Part shown: piece by piece, positions 1 to 9,703 of the stretch
Position numbering within the stretch: the stretch's first letter is position 1
How the letters are laid out: each line of letters begins with the position of its first letter
From: Methanotrichaceae archaeon
GTDB lineage: Archaea; Halobacteriota; Methanosarcinia; Methanotrichales; Methanotrichaceae
Direction: 5' to 3'
Length of the DNA stretch: 64,000 nt
Assembly (NCBI GenBank): GCA_963813075.1
Contig: CAWEXU010000017.1
Span: 32,001 to 96,000 of the forward strand
Program-made: the position numbers and the translations under genes
The notes under the pieces: model-generated
Seen by the model: the letters and a program-made list of their open reading frames with translations, nothing else
What the model was told of the DNA's origin: nothing
Databases searched by the model: none

Positions 1-195
1 CATGAAAAATAAGGCTTTAAATTATCAAAACCAGGATATATTGGCGGGATAGGAGAGTGGGATTCACCGTATCCTGCGGGAGGGCCATTCCCTCCGGCCC
101 TCCCTGCGATCTGCAGGGCAAAATACTGATAACACGACTCTTTTTCATGCGGATCGCAGATGCTTTATGCCAATAATCCGGATGCCATAGCCAGC

Positions 196-1461
196 ATGAG
201 CCGCACAATAGAGGACATAAAGAAAAGCATAAAGAAGGGAACGGCGGTGGTCCTCACCCAGCAGGAGGTCTCCCAGATCGTCAGGGAAAAGGGAGAGATC
301 AGCCTGAAGGATGTGGATGTCGTCACCACTGCCACAAGAGCGATAATGAGCGGCACCTATGCCGTGCTATCCTTTCCCCTGGCAGCTCCAGGCTCATTCG
401 TCCGCGCCATCAGCGCCAGTATTAACGGCGTTCCTGCAATCCCAGGGCCCTGCCCCAATGAGCGGCTGGGAATGGTCGACCTGATGGTCTACGGCACCTC
501 GCACAGCATATACCAGCCAGACTACGGAGGAGGGCACCTCTTCCGGGAGCTGGTGAATGGAAAAGAGGTCCATGTTCTGGTCGAGGGGGAAAATAAGGAG
601 ATCATGGAGAAGGGCATCTGCCTGGATGAGATCCCTTACGCCCGCATATTCTCCACTCGCAATGCCTTCAAAAACTATGTGGCCTTCGTCAACCCCGGCT
701 CTCAGCCGGTCAGGACCATCTTCAGCGCACTCGAGTTTCCGCCCCACTTTTCCGCCGCTACGGTTTCGGGATGCGGCCAGATCAATCCCATAAAGAACGA
801 CCCCAATCTGGAGACCATAGGCATAGGAACCCGCATTCTCCTCAACGGCGCTCAGGGGTTCGTGGTGGGCACGGGCACCCGTTCCATGCCCACCCGGCCC
901 AACCTCCTCGGCCTGGCGGATATGCACCAGATGAAGCCGGAGTACATGGGCGGCTTTGTCACCTCCGCCGGCCCGGAGTGCATAGGCTCCTGGGCGGTGC
1001 CCATTCCGGTGCTCAATGAGTCCATCCTGAAAAGCATAATGCAGCAGGATCGCGATATTCCTCTCACCATAATGGATGTGAATTTACGCCAGAAGATCGC
1101 CAAGACCACTTATGGGGATGTCTGGGATTCGGTCGACCTGGTGGTTGGATTTGATCCGGAAAGGTGCAGAGGCTGCACGAGGTGCACCGCAGAGCCGGCC
1201 TGCCCCATGAGGGCGATTAGCATCGAGGATGGCCGGGTTTTGCGCGATAAAGAGTTGTGCTTCAACTGCGGCCTGTGCGTCTCCCAGTGCAGCGGCGGGG
1301 CCTTTCAGGGAAGGCTGGGGGCCATCCGCCTGGGGGGGAGGACCATTCCCATCCAGCTTCGCCAATCGGATAGAGCAAGGGCAATAGAGCTGGCAAAGAA
1401 GCTGAAACTGCAGATTCTGGATGGATCCTTCCGGCTGACTGAGATGGTGGAGCGACTTTAG
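196..1461 (+). CDS. Methanogenesis marker 16 metalloprotein (DUF39 family with C-terminal 4Fe-4S ferredoxin-like domain)
   Basis: DVDVVTTAT...MSGT, GPCPNERLG, SGCGQINPIKNDP motifs; C-terminal CxxCxxC...CP and CFNCGLCVSQC; ATG at 196 preferred. Confidence 0.85.
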   Translation: MSRTIEDIKKSIKKGTAVVLTQQEVSQIVREKGEISLKDVDVVTTATRAIMSGTYAVLSFPLAAPGSFVRAISASINGVPAIPGPCPNERLGMVDLMVYGTSHSIYQPDYGGGHLFRELVNGKEVHVLVEGENKEIMEKGICLDEIPYARIFSTRNAFKNYVAFVNPGSQPVRTIFSALEFPPHFSAATVSGCGQINPIKNDPNLETIGIGTRILLNGAQGFVVGTGTRSMPTRPNLLGLADMHQMKPEYMGGFVTSAGPECIGSWAVPIPVLNESILKSIMQQDRDIPLTIMDVNLRQKIAKTTYGDVWDSVDLVVGFDPERCRGCTRCTAEPACPMRAISIEDGRVLRDKELCFNCGLCVSQCSGGAFQGRLGAIRLGGRTIPIQLRQSDRARAIELAKKLKLQILDGSFRLTEMVERL

Positions 1462-1540
1462 GGAGCAGTAAGATTTTCGGATTATTGTTTTTTTCCCAAA
1501 TTCGCCACATCTAAATATCTTTGGCGCATAATAAACGATT

Positions 1541-3667
1541 ATGACTGATTATTTTGAGGCGATTGTTGTTGGCTCAGGATTTGGAGGGACAATCCTTGCC
1601 CTGTCCCTGGCAAATAAGTATGAGGCTGACAACGACAGGGATGAGACCGACAAAAAGGTCTGTCTATTAGAGCGAGGGCAATGGTGGCTCTCTCATGAGA
1701 TGAACTTCGTTCCCAGAGCAGGCAGAAAGACGACGCCAAACCTGCGAGAATATCTGGAAGATAATGGCAGGCCCTACCATTTCTGGCCTCATCCGGATAA
1801 TGTCTCTGGTATTCTGGAGCTTTTGTCTACAGCCAAAACCGTCTCCCGGGCAGGGCTTTTCGACTATAAGGTTCTGGGCAATGTACATTCGATACAGGCA
1901 AGCGGCGTGGGCGGCGGATCTCTGGTATACTCAAATGTCACCCTCGCGCCAAGTAGCAGCGTCTTTGCCAGCTGGCCGACCCAATCTGAGGGGAAAAAGC
2001 TGGAGGAGTACTTCGATTTGGTCAATCAGTTCCTGGTGGTGAATAAGATAACCGCCAATGCCGGTTTGAGCAATAATATGCTGGAGAAGACAAAAGCATT
2101 TCAGGATGCTGGCCAGGCTCTGGTCGATGGGGGCAATAGCGATATAGTCAATGTCAAGAATGAGGAAGGCAGGCTGGTCGGAGACTTCGACCTGAACCTG
2201 TCGATAACCAACATTCCAGCAGGCTTATTGGATGGTCCGACCCCGCCCGAGGACGAGCTTCAAAGGCTGCTGAAAAGGCAAGAAAACGTATGCCAGAGAC
2301 AGGGAAGATGCGTTCTTGGCTGTGTTCCCAATGCCAGGCATACCTTTAGCCGCCATCTATTCAATGCCATAAATCCCAGGCCCCCAAAAAAGGCAAAGCC
2401 GATGGATATTCGGGAGCTGTGCGAGGTCTATGATATCGAATTCCGAGAAGGCGAGGACTACAGGTACAAAGTGAAATACTTCCAGTATGACTCGGATACG
2501 GAGAAAAGGACGGAGAAATCTCTGTATGCCAGGTCGGTTGTAATCGCTGCCGGCTCACTGGGCTCCTCAGAGCTGCTACTGAAGTGCTCGGCTAAAGGCA
2601 GCCTGAAACTGAGCAAAGCCCTGGGTACAAAGTTCTTCACAAATGGCGATATCTTCGGATTCATGACCCTGGAGCATAGGACAATAGATGTGACCAGAGG
2701 TCCCATAAATACCTCATATGTATCATTTAAACCTCAGGGAAATGCTTCTGCTTTCGCCATTGAGGACACCACCCTCCCCAAGATGGTAGCGCCACTGGTC
2801 GCCACCCTGATGGAGCTGGTCGCCCATGGGTCAAGAGAGGCAAATCTCAGCCAGCTGGATGACCTTGTCCGGGATCTGAATATGCTCTTCAAGTTCGGAG
2901 TCCTGGGAATCCTGGCCGGAGGAATGTCAACGACATCTCTGGTCCGACTGTTTACCAAGATTTGGAACAATCCCTCTGCCAGGAAGGTGCTGGTGGACAT
3001 CCTCAAGACCGGCACTTCAAAGGATGAGTCAATACGAAAATTCATGGAAGCACTCTTGACCTGGGTCTCAACTGACCGCACCGATGCATTTGCATCTCCC
3101 GAGGAGCGTATCTCAAAGTTCTATGCCTTTTCCGGAATGGGCGGAGGGGAAAAGCCAGGGGTCCTCAAGCTCAGACCCAACTGGAGAAAATTGGAGGCAG
3201 AGGATGATCCTGGAGAGAGGATATATGTGAGCTGGCCTGCGGCAGAAAATAATCAGGTCCTGAAGAATATAGCCGATGGAATGAGGCAGCTGGCGGGAGA
3301 GATGGATGCCGGGGGCAGGGAGAGAGTCTACACTCCCTTCTGGAACTTCAAGGATCCCAGGAATAGCACATCAGTGATTCTCCACCCTCTTGGCGGATGC
3401 CCTATGGGCCTCAATGTGGACGAGGGAGTGGTCGATAGCTATGGCCAGGTTTTCTGGAGAGACGGCACGACAGATAAAATCAAAAGATATCCTGGATTGT
3501 ATGTAGTTGACGGATCGGTTATGCCTGAGGCTCCGGGAGTGAATCCAACAATGCTTATAGCCGCATTCGCCTTCAGAGCCGCAGAGAGTATTGTGGGACC
3601 CGAGCACCTTCCCAAAGCCGGAATGAGATGGAGGAGTTCACAGATCGGTACGGCAGCCGTTTTATAA
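1541..3667 (+). CDS. GMC-family FAD oxidoreductase, cholesterol-oxidase-like
   Basis: N-terminal VVGSGFGG, LLERG, GVGGGSLVYSNV, CxxxGxCxxGC, HPLGGC, YVVDGS..P...GVNPT. Confidence 0.85.
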   Translation: MTDYFEAIVVGSGFGGTILALSLANKYEADNDRDETDKKVCLLERGQWWLSHEMNFVPRAGRKTTPNLREYLEDNGRPYHFWPHPDNVSGILELLSTAKTVSRAGLFDYKVLGNVHSIQASGVGGGSLVYSNVTLAPSSSVFASWPTQSEGKKLEEYFDLVNQFLVVNKITANAGLSNNMLEKTKAFQDAGQALVDGGNSDIVNVKNEEGRLVGDFDLNLSITNIPAGLLDGPTPPEDELQRLLKRQENVCQRQGRCVLGCVPNARHTFSRHLFNAINPRPPKKAKPMDIRELCEVYDIEFREGEDYRYKVKYFQYDSDTEKRTEKSLYARSVVIAAGSLGSSELLLKCSAKGSLKLSKALGTKFFTNGDIFGFMTLEHRTIDVTRGPINTSYVSFKPQGNASAFAIEDTTLPKMVAPLVATLMELVAHGSREANLSQLDDLVRDLNMLFKFGVLGILAGGMSTTSLVRLFTKIWNNPSARKVLVDILKTGTSKDESIRKFMEALLTWVSTDRTDAFASPEERISKFYAFSGMGGGEKPGVLKLRPNWRKLEAEDDPGERIYVSWPAAENNQVLKNIADGMRQLAGEMDAGGRERVYTPFWNFKDPRNSTSVILHPLGGCPMGLNVDEGVVDSYGQVFWRDGTTDKIKRYPGLYVVDGSVMPEAPGVNPTMLIAAFAFRAAESIVGPEHLPKAGMRWRSSQIGTAAVL

Positions 3668-4053
3668 AATTGGTGGACAGCGGGGCCAGTGGAAAGGAGT
3701 TTGAGTTCGATCGGGTGCTGCTTATGCCCACAGCCGCAGGCTACCGTGCCCTGGTAGAGCAGGCCAGAATTGAGATCAACCCCCGGATAATGAAGTATCT
3801 ATCCAGGAGATGGTCGGAAGGCGCGATAGAGAATCTCTCCTTCTTCGCCATGGCTGCAGCCGTGTATGCCCGGAGCGTCTCCGATCCGCCAGTGAATATT
3901 GATGTGGGACGGGCAATATTGCGACATGTCTCAATCTCCAAGAAGGCACAAAAGGGTTCCAATGCGAAAATAAAAGAAGCAATTTGCGAATGCGGTTCAA
4001 AAAAGAGAAGCTGGGGTTTGTTGAACCCCCGATCCATGTGGAATCATTGTTGA
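3628..4053 (+). CDS. Hypothetical protein
   Basis: 141-aa ORF overlapping the GMC 3' end; no recognisable motif. Confidence 0.4.
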   Translation: MEEFTDRYGSRFIKLVDSGASGKEFEFDRVLLMPTAAGYRALVEQARIEINPRIMKYLSRRWSEGAIENLSFFAMAAAVYARSVSDPPVNIDVGRAILRHVSISKKAQKGSNAKIKEAICECGSKKRSWGLLNPRSMWNHC

Positions 4054-4081
4054 GATAGACCCCCACAACTGCTTGTCCAAA

Positions 4082-6079
4082 TCAGTCTGTGACTAGAGGA
4101 TCTAATGGTTCAATTGTTGGTCGATATATATCGTCTGGTATGTTATCATGCACCAGACTCTTATCACCTTTTATGGTGCCAAAGTAGTCGTAAATGCCAC
4201 CACCGTTTCCGCCGGTGGCGTTGTTATAGGATATTGAGCCTGCAATCAAGTTTACTGTGCTCTTTTCACTGAAAATCCCGCCGCCACGGGCGAGTCCGAT
4301 TGCTTTATTCCCGATTATGTTGCCTCCTCTTAGGTTCACTGTGCCCTGAACGCTGTAGATCCCGCCGCCTATTGGTGCGCTATTATTAGTGATGTTGCCT
4401 CCCATCAGGAGGTTCACTGTGCCCTGATTGCTGTAGATCCCGCCGCCACGTGGTACGTCCTTTCCATTTAGGTCCACTGTGCCGGGATCGTCGTTACCGG
4501 CTATATTACCGGATATGGAGCTTTTGTACAGATTCACTGTGCCATGATCGATGTAAATGCCGCCACCGCCACCATGAGCTCTGTTACCGGATATGATGGA
4601 GCCTTCAGCCAGATTCACTTTGCCTTCGCTGAAAATTCCGCCGCCGATGTTTGCGGTATTCCCTATTATGCTACCGCCGTACACTGCTACAGTGCCATTT
4701 CCATAGCTGGATATGCCGCCACCGAAGTATGCCGTGTTTCCAGAAATGGTGCTATCCTTCAACCTCAAAGAGGCAAAGTTTTTGATTCCGCTGTCGCTAC
4801 CTCCCTGGATGGTCAAGCCCGAAAGGGAGACATAGGCGTTTGGATTATTCTCACCGATGGCGAACACAGACCCGGATTGCTGGCCGTCCACTATGGTGTC
4901 GCTGGCCCCTGACCCTGAAACCGTCAGAGATTTGTCGATCAACACATTCTCTTTATAGGTTCCTTCAGCCACATTTATGGTATCGTATGACTCTGAGGCA
5001 TCCACAGCACCCTGAATACTGTTGGCAATGGGATTACTGACATCTACATAGTAGCCCAGAGTCCCGAATGCATAGCCATTGGAGGCCTGCATGTTCAGAT
5101 CATACTCATCGCCGTAGTTTGAGGTCCTGGTTTTGGAGGCGCTGCCTCCAACAGCTGCGCTTTTGAAATACCCCGAAATATGAGCGGATTGCCCGGCTTC
5201 CACAGAATCCCCGTAGTCTACATCCATAGTATATGGAGGAATTCCGTTATACTTAGTAGCCGTCCCTTTATAGTTGTGGAGAACGCCAAAGGTCTCTGTG
5301 CTCACCTCGGCATTGGCCTTACCGAACATGGATCTTGATTCAGTGTCTATTTGTTCGCCTTTTGCAGTGCCTATGCTCTGCGACACATCAAGCTTTATAC
5401 GAGAGGTTAGCGAGGCTTTGGCCGAATCGGTGTAATTTTCTATGGATCCGAACAGAACAGTGGTTTTCGCCTCAGACTTTTCTCCGGCAAGATCATCTGG
5501 AGATATCGTCAGTGCTTCGGCTTCTGTCAGGATTGAGCCATAAGGCGCATATGCCATCGTTGCGCTCTGTGAGGCACTAGCATCATTTGCTGATGCGGTT
5601 GCCAAGTTAGAGTAACCATCTAAGCTTGCTCTATTTCCATAATCAAATAGGACAGTGCTCACACCGGCATTATTTCCCCGGGCGTTAGAAGAATTGGCAT
5701 ATGCGCTGATGTAAGAGGCATTTATGACAACCACATCCTCCCCTGCCCAGACTTTATTTGGATTTATCGAGCCACCCAGCATCCAACTATAATAATAGGA
5801 TTGAGCATTGCGAATATCCACTCCTACGCCTGCTTTATCTCCCCCGGTGTTCGATATCCAGTGGTCCTCGGAAAAGTCACCGTTGCCTTCGATGGAATTC
5901 GACAGGCTATCCGACCCAATTACAGCGCTGCCATAAACTGAATCTCCATCATCGGCGTTGATATTTTCTGTAAATCCTCCGACATCATTGGATACAGAGA
6001 CCGAGATGCCACTGGATGATGGAGCCAATGCCAGCATTATTAGCAGTACCTCTACGATTAGAGTTCTATTAATTTTCAT
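4082..6079 (-). CDS. Secreted/surface protein with C-terminal parallel beta-helix (pectin-lyase-like, GGGI repeats)
   Basis: Signal peptide; SIQGAVD...DTINVAEGTYKENV start of beta-helix; repeated ISGNxA..GGGI units. Confidence 0.75.
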   Translation of the reverse strand: MKINRTLIVEVLLIMLALAPSSSGISVSVSNDVGGFTENINADDGDSVYGSAVIGSDSLSNSIEGNGDFSEDHWISNTGGDKAGVGVDIRNAQSYYYSWMLGGSINPNKVWAGEDVVVINASYISAYANSSNARGNNAGVSTVLFDYGNRASLDGYSNLATASANDASASQSATMAYAPYGSILTEAEALTISPDDLAGEKSEAKTTVLFGSIENYTDSAKASLTSRIKLDVSQSIGTAKGEQIDTESRSMFGKANAEVSTETFGVLHNYKGTATKYNGIPPYTMDVDYGDSVEAGQSAHISGYFKSAAVGGSASKTRTSNYGDEYDLNMQASNGYAFGTLGYYVDVSNPIANSIQGAVDASESYDTINVAEGTYKENVLIDKSLTVSGSGASDTIVDGQQSGSVFAIGENNPNAYVSLSGLTIQGGSDSGIKNFASLRLKDSTISGNTAYFGGGISSYGNGTVAVYGGSIIGNTANIGGGIFSEGKVNLAEGSIISGNRAHGGGGGIYIDHGTVNLYKSSISGNIAGNDDPGTVDLNGKDVPRGGGIYSNQGTVNLLMGGNITNNSAPIGGGIYSVQGTVNLRGGNIIGNKAIGLARGGGIFSEKSTVNLIAGSISYNNATGGNGGGIYDYFGTIKGDKSLVHDNIPDDIYRPTIEPLDPLVTD

Positions 6080-6392
6080 ATTATTTCACCCCAACTTACA
6101 GCTTCAATTATCCTACATTATTCATTCTTGATAGAGGATTTCACCTACACCAAGGTGAACAAAATCAAAAATTCTATATACACATATTAGTATATTCCAA
6201 CTATAAAAAGATAATCATCAAACGTTTAAATTGAATTTTCGAGATTTAAATCAATCCATTTAGGTATAATTACTTTTATTAAGTTTATTTAGGGAGGCTT
6301 CGAAAATTACTACAAAAATTTCTTAAATATTTTTCGCTATGCAATCTCAATTGCTAACTTTATCATACCTGTTAGGAGGTCCTGCCTCAGAT

Positions 6393-6420
6393 GGTCGAAA
6401 GAGCGAGGTCGAAAGAGCGA
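6393..6420. repeat. Perfect 14-bp tandem duplication GGTCGAAAGAGCGA x2
   Basis: Read directly. Confidence 0.9.
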
Positions 6421-7043
6421 AATAGAACTCTCCATCCTGGCTATGTCGATCGTTATCCATGCCCTGAGCACTCCCGATTCGCCGTTGATATCGATGTGGG
6501 ACAACATTTGCGGACATAATGCTTTTCTCCAATCAGTTCCCTGAGTGCGAAAATAATCAGATGTCATGTCAGCTTAAATCATTTCACTGCCTATTTAATC
6601 CAAAAAAGGATGTCATAAAAGATGTCGATCTGGCAATGGAATTCGCATTATAACAATTATCTTTATTTTTTTCTCATAAAAAAAATTCTGAACCATTAAG
6701 GATCATGATCTATGAAATTAATTCTTATGTTGGATTTTAATACTAAAGAACCAAAATTATTCGATAAACTTCCATAAATAATCCAAATCAGTAAAAAAAG
6801 TTAGTTAAATTATTTATCTTATAAGGGATACTGTATTAATAATCTTAACTCAGATTTCGTTGCATGATGCCTGTGCAGCTGTGGATAAGATCGGGAATAA
6901 GAGATATCAGGAGGTCAAAGAAAGAGGCCGAGCAGTACTGAACACAGTTATTGAGAAACGTTTACAAATAGAGTATTGTTAGCCTATATCGGGCTTGCAT
7001 CTCTGGATATTGAATTCAAAAATCAAAATCAGGATGTGTACCC

Positions 7044-7886
7044 ATGAGTTTCACGGACAATTGCGATATCTTCGCATCTTTTCACGAGGATGGCTTTAAC
7101 CGGATCATAAGTCATGTCATGAGCCAGAGGCCGTCGCTGTTCAACTATGCAACAGCAGATGTGGCACAGAATCGAGAGCTTCTATGCAGTGTGATCAAGC
7201 CTCACCCCATCGTCAATATCCGCAAAAATCCCCTGGTGACTATTGTCGATCCACTGCCTATCCCCGGCACAGGTTATGGTGTCAATTTCGCGGCTCAAAT
7301 AGAGGAGTTGAAGATAGACTTCTATCCCGGCAATCAGTTTGAACTGCCTGCAGAGCTTAATCCTCCTCTTGCGGTTCAACGTCTGGGGATAAAGCTGAGG
7401 ATATGCGCTGGCATCGGCTGTCCTCCCAGAGATTTGATCGATAAATATATTCCCCCGCCTGATGACCCGGATAAGGATCGACCTCGAAGGGATGAAAAAG
7501 CTCCGCTCATTCCCCTGCCCGTCCGCCAGCTGAACTGCTTCTGCCTGGATGCCTTTGTCACCGGTGGGATGAGAATTGTCAATTACTACGGAAAGCCGTA
7601 TCTTGAGCCGTTCCTGGATGGATTCGAGATCGTGGACATCAAGCCGGAGGGGCTTGAAAACAGCATCGAATGCTATGTTATCCTGCTGCTCAAGCTTTCA
7701 GTCCTTCCCGGCTTGAGAATCCTTCTTGAGGATATGACTCTCAACCTGACCCAGGGGGCGCCGGACCTCTTCCCTACTCCGACCAACATCGTCCTCAGTC
7801 CAATGCCGGTATCGCCTGCCCTGCCCAATAATCCTGCCATTGAAGAAGACCAGCTGAAGGTCTTCATAAAAGCGGAGGTGATCTGA
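7044..7886 (+). CDS. Hypothetical protein, gene 1 of a three-gene operon (possible tubular lipid-binding fold)
   Basis: 280-aa ORF with protein-like composition; no signal peptide; fold is inference. Confidence 0.8.
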   Translation: MSFTDNCDIFASFHEDGFNRIISHVMSQRPSLFNYATADVAQNRELLCSVIKPHPIVNIRKNPLVTIVDPLPIPGTGYGVNFAAQIEELKIDFYPGNQFELPAELNPPLAVQRLGIKLRICAGIGCPPRDLIDKYIPPPDDPDKDRPRRDEKAPLIPLPVRQLNCFCLDAFVTGGMRIVNYYGKPYLEPFLDGFEIVDIKPEGLENSIECYVILLLKLSVLPGLRILLEDMTLNLTQGAPDLFPTPTNIVLSPMPVSPALPNNPAIEEDQLKVFIKAEVI

Positions 7887-7888
7887 AA

Positions 7889-8833
7889 ATGGCACATCTG
7901 ACCATAGCCGCCTCGGAAAAGGTCTTCACCGGGCTCTTCGAGGCGGTTCGAGATAACTTCCTCCTGGAAAGTTCCGATAGCCGCGACTTTGGGCCATTCA
8001 CCGCCAGCTACTACTTAAAGGCCCATCTGGAGGGCGGGAGCGTCGATCTCCGGGCGGATAATACCGTACAGATCAAGGAGCTGGACATCAAATGGGATAA
8101 ATTGGACCTGACCCTTGGCATTGACATTCCTGAAATATGCGTCGGAGGTTTCTGCATCATCCCCAATCCGTTTGGCGGATGCATATTGAGAGCTCCCAGG
8201 ATTTGCATCTTCTCCAGTGATCCGGACATCAGCTTCACCCTGCCTTTGGGAGGGCTGATCACATCGGAAATATCAGTAACTGCATCGCTGCTAATGAAGT
8301 ATGCCATCAATCCCGACCGTCCTGCAGGAATGAACGACTGGGATGCACAGGATGCCGATCCTTCCCTGGCCAACCACTGGCAGCTTTTCATCGATCCCCA
8401 GTTCCTTGATGTGGATATATTTGATATCTCCGATATAGTGGCAGACCTGCTGGAGAATGCGGTTAACGCTGCCATAGACAACCTGCTTGGCTTCCTGCCC
8501 GGCTGGGCCCGCGATCTGGTCAAGGCCATAATGGGCTCTGCAATCGATCTTATCAGAGCGATCCTTGATATCGGCGACGACATCCAGGAATGGATCTCGG
8601 ATCTATTAAATGTCAGCTTTGGGATACTCGATTTCGTCTTGCAGCTGATCGCAGACTACCTGGCCAATAAGACTCCCATTCAGCAGATAGAGGATCCGTA
8701 TCCGATTCTGCCGGAGGCTAATAATCCCAATCCAGGAGCGCCAGCAAAGATCGTGCCGGTGAAGATCCCAATCCGCGATCTGACGGTGTACAATGACGAC
8801 AGGGAAATGGTAATAAAGGGTAATGTGGGGTGA
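7889..8833 (+). CDS. Hypothetical protein, gene 2 of operon (Cys-rich hairpin, amphipathic helices)
   Basis: 314-aa ORF 2 nt after gene 1; GGAGGTGA RBS inside the end of gene 1. Confidence 0.8.
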   Translation: MAHLTIAASEKVFTGLFEAVRDNFLLESSDSRDFGPFTASYYLKAHLEGGSVDLRADNTVQIKELDIKWDKLDLTLGIDIPEICVGGFCIIPNPFGGCILRAPRICIFSSDPDISFTLPLGGLITSEISVTASLLMKYAINPDRPAGMNDWDAQDADPSLANHWQLFIDPQFLDVDIFDISDIVADLLENAVNAAIDNLLGFLPGWARDLVKAIMGSAIDLIRAILDIGDDIQEWISDLLNVSFGILDFVLQLIADYLANKTPIQQIEDPYPILPEANNPNPGAPAKIVPVKIPIRDLTVYNDDREMVIKGNVG

Positions 8834-8839
8834 TTTCAA

Positions 8840-9559
8840 GTGAAGGCAAGAGTCAATCTCCAGCTAATTAAGACGACAACCTTTGACAGCGGAGCTTTAG
8901 GAATGCTGGCTATGGTGCTCCACCAGTTCAGCTCTCCTGGGCGCTACAGAGCATCGATATCCAGCCGAGGCAGAGTGCCTAAATCCGTCCACTTCGATGT
9001 GGATGCTAAGTCGGAGGCAATGCAGCTTAATATCGATCTGGCCGGGACCACCACCTCAATAGATAAAGCCTGCCGTGCCGTGATCCCCTGCGGCCAGAGC
9101 GAGGAACCGGCCCGGCTGGTTGTATCTCCCAAGGGCTATGTCCTGTTTCATGCATCCTCTGGATCCGGATATTCAGTAATTGTATCCGATTCACTGGGCA
9201 GAGTGGTCTTCAATAGCTCCAAACTGGGAAATGGCGACCTATTTGCCGTCTCCTTGCTGGAGCCGGGCAGCTATTCCATGAAAAATTCCGTTGACTCTTC
9301 TACAGGTGTTGCCTCCGTGACCCTGCCGGAGAGGATGTTTGGAAGAATGGGCGAACTGGAGACTCAGTATATTGATGTGGGCGAGAAGAAGCTCGATCCC
9401 CAGCGCATCGAATTGATCTCCTCTCAGGGTCTGGTGTTTCGAATCAAAAGCCCGGCTCGGATAGTGATCGCAAAAGAGCCCATTGCAAAGGAGGAGGCGA
9501 CCAGAGGAAGGACAAAGCCCATGGTCAGCTGGCGCAAGCTTGAGACCGACAGAAAATAG
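8840..9559 (+). CDS. Hypothetical protein, gene 3 of operon (two cupredoxin-like repeats lacking Cu ligands)
   Basis: GTG start after GGGGTGA; FDSGAL...HQFSSPGRY and FNSSKL..GDLFAVSLLEPGSY repeats. Confidence 0.75.
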   Translation: MKARVNLQLIKTTTFDSGALGMLAMVLHQFSSPGRYRASISSRGRVPKSVHFDVDAKSEAMQLNIDLAGTTTSIDKACRAVIPCGQSEEPARLVVSPKGYVLFHASSGSGYSVIVSDSLGRVVFNSSKLGNGDLFAVSLLEPGSYSMKNSVDSSTGVASVTLPERMFGRMGELETQYIDVGEKKLDPQRIELISSQGLVFRIKSPARIVIAKEPIAKEEATRGRTKPMVSWRKLETDRK

Positions 9560-9703
9560 GCGGAAGATCTCCAGGTAGAAGATCGCCAGGTAGAAGATAG
9601 ATCGGAGATGGACCGATAGAAGACGGCCATCTGCAAAATCCGTTTGATGCTGGCGCGCCTCTGCGGAGGGCGCCGCTCAAGCGATTTTATGGGAGGATGC
9701 CTT

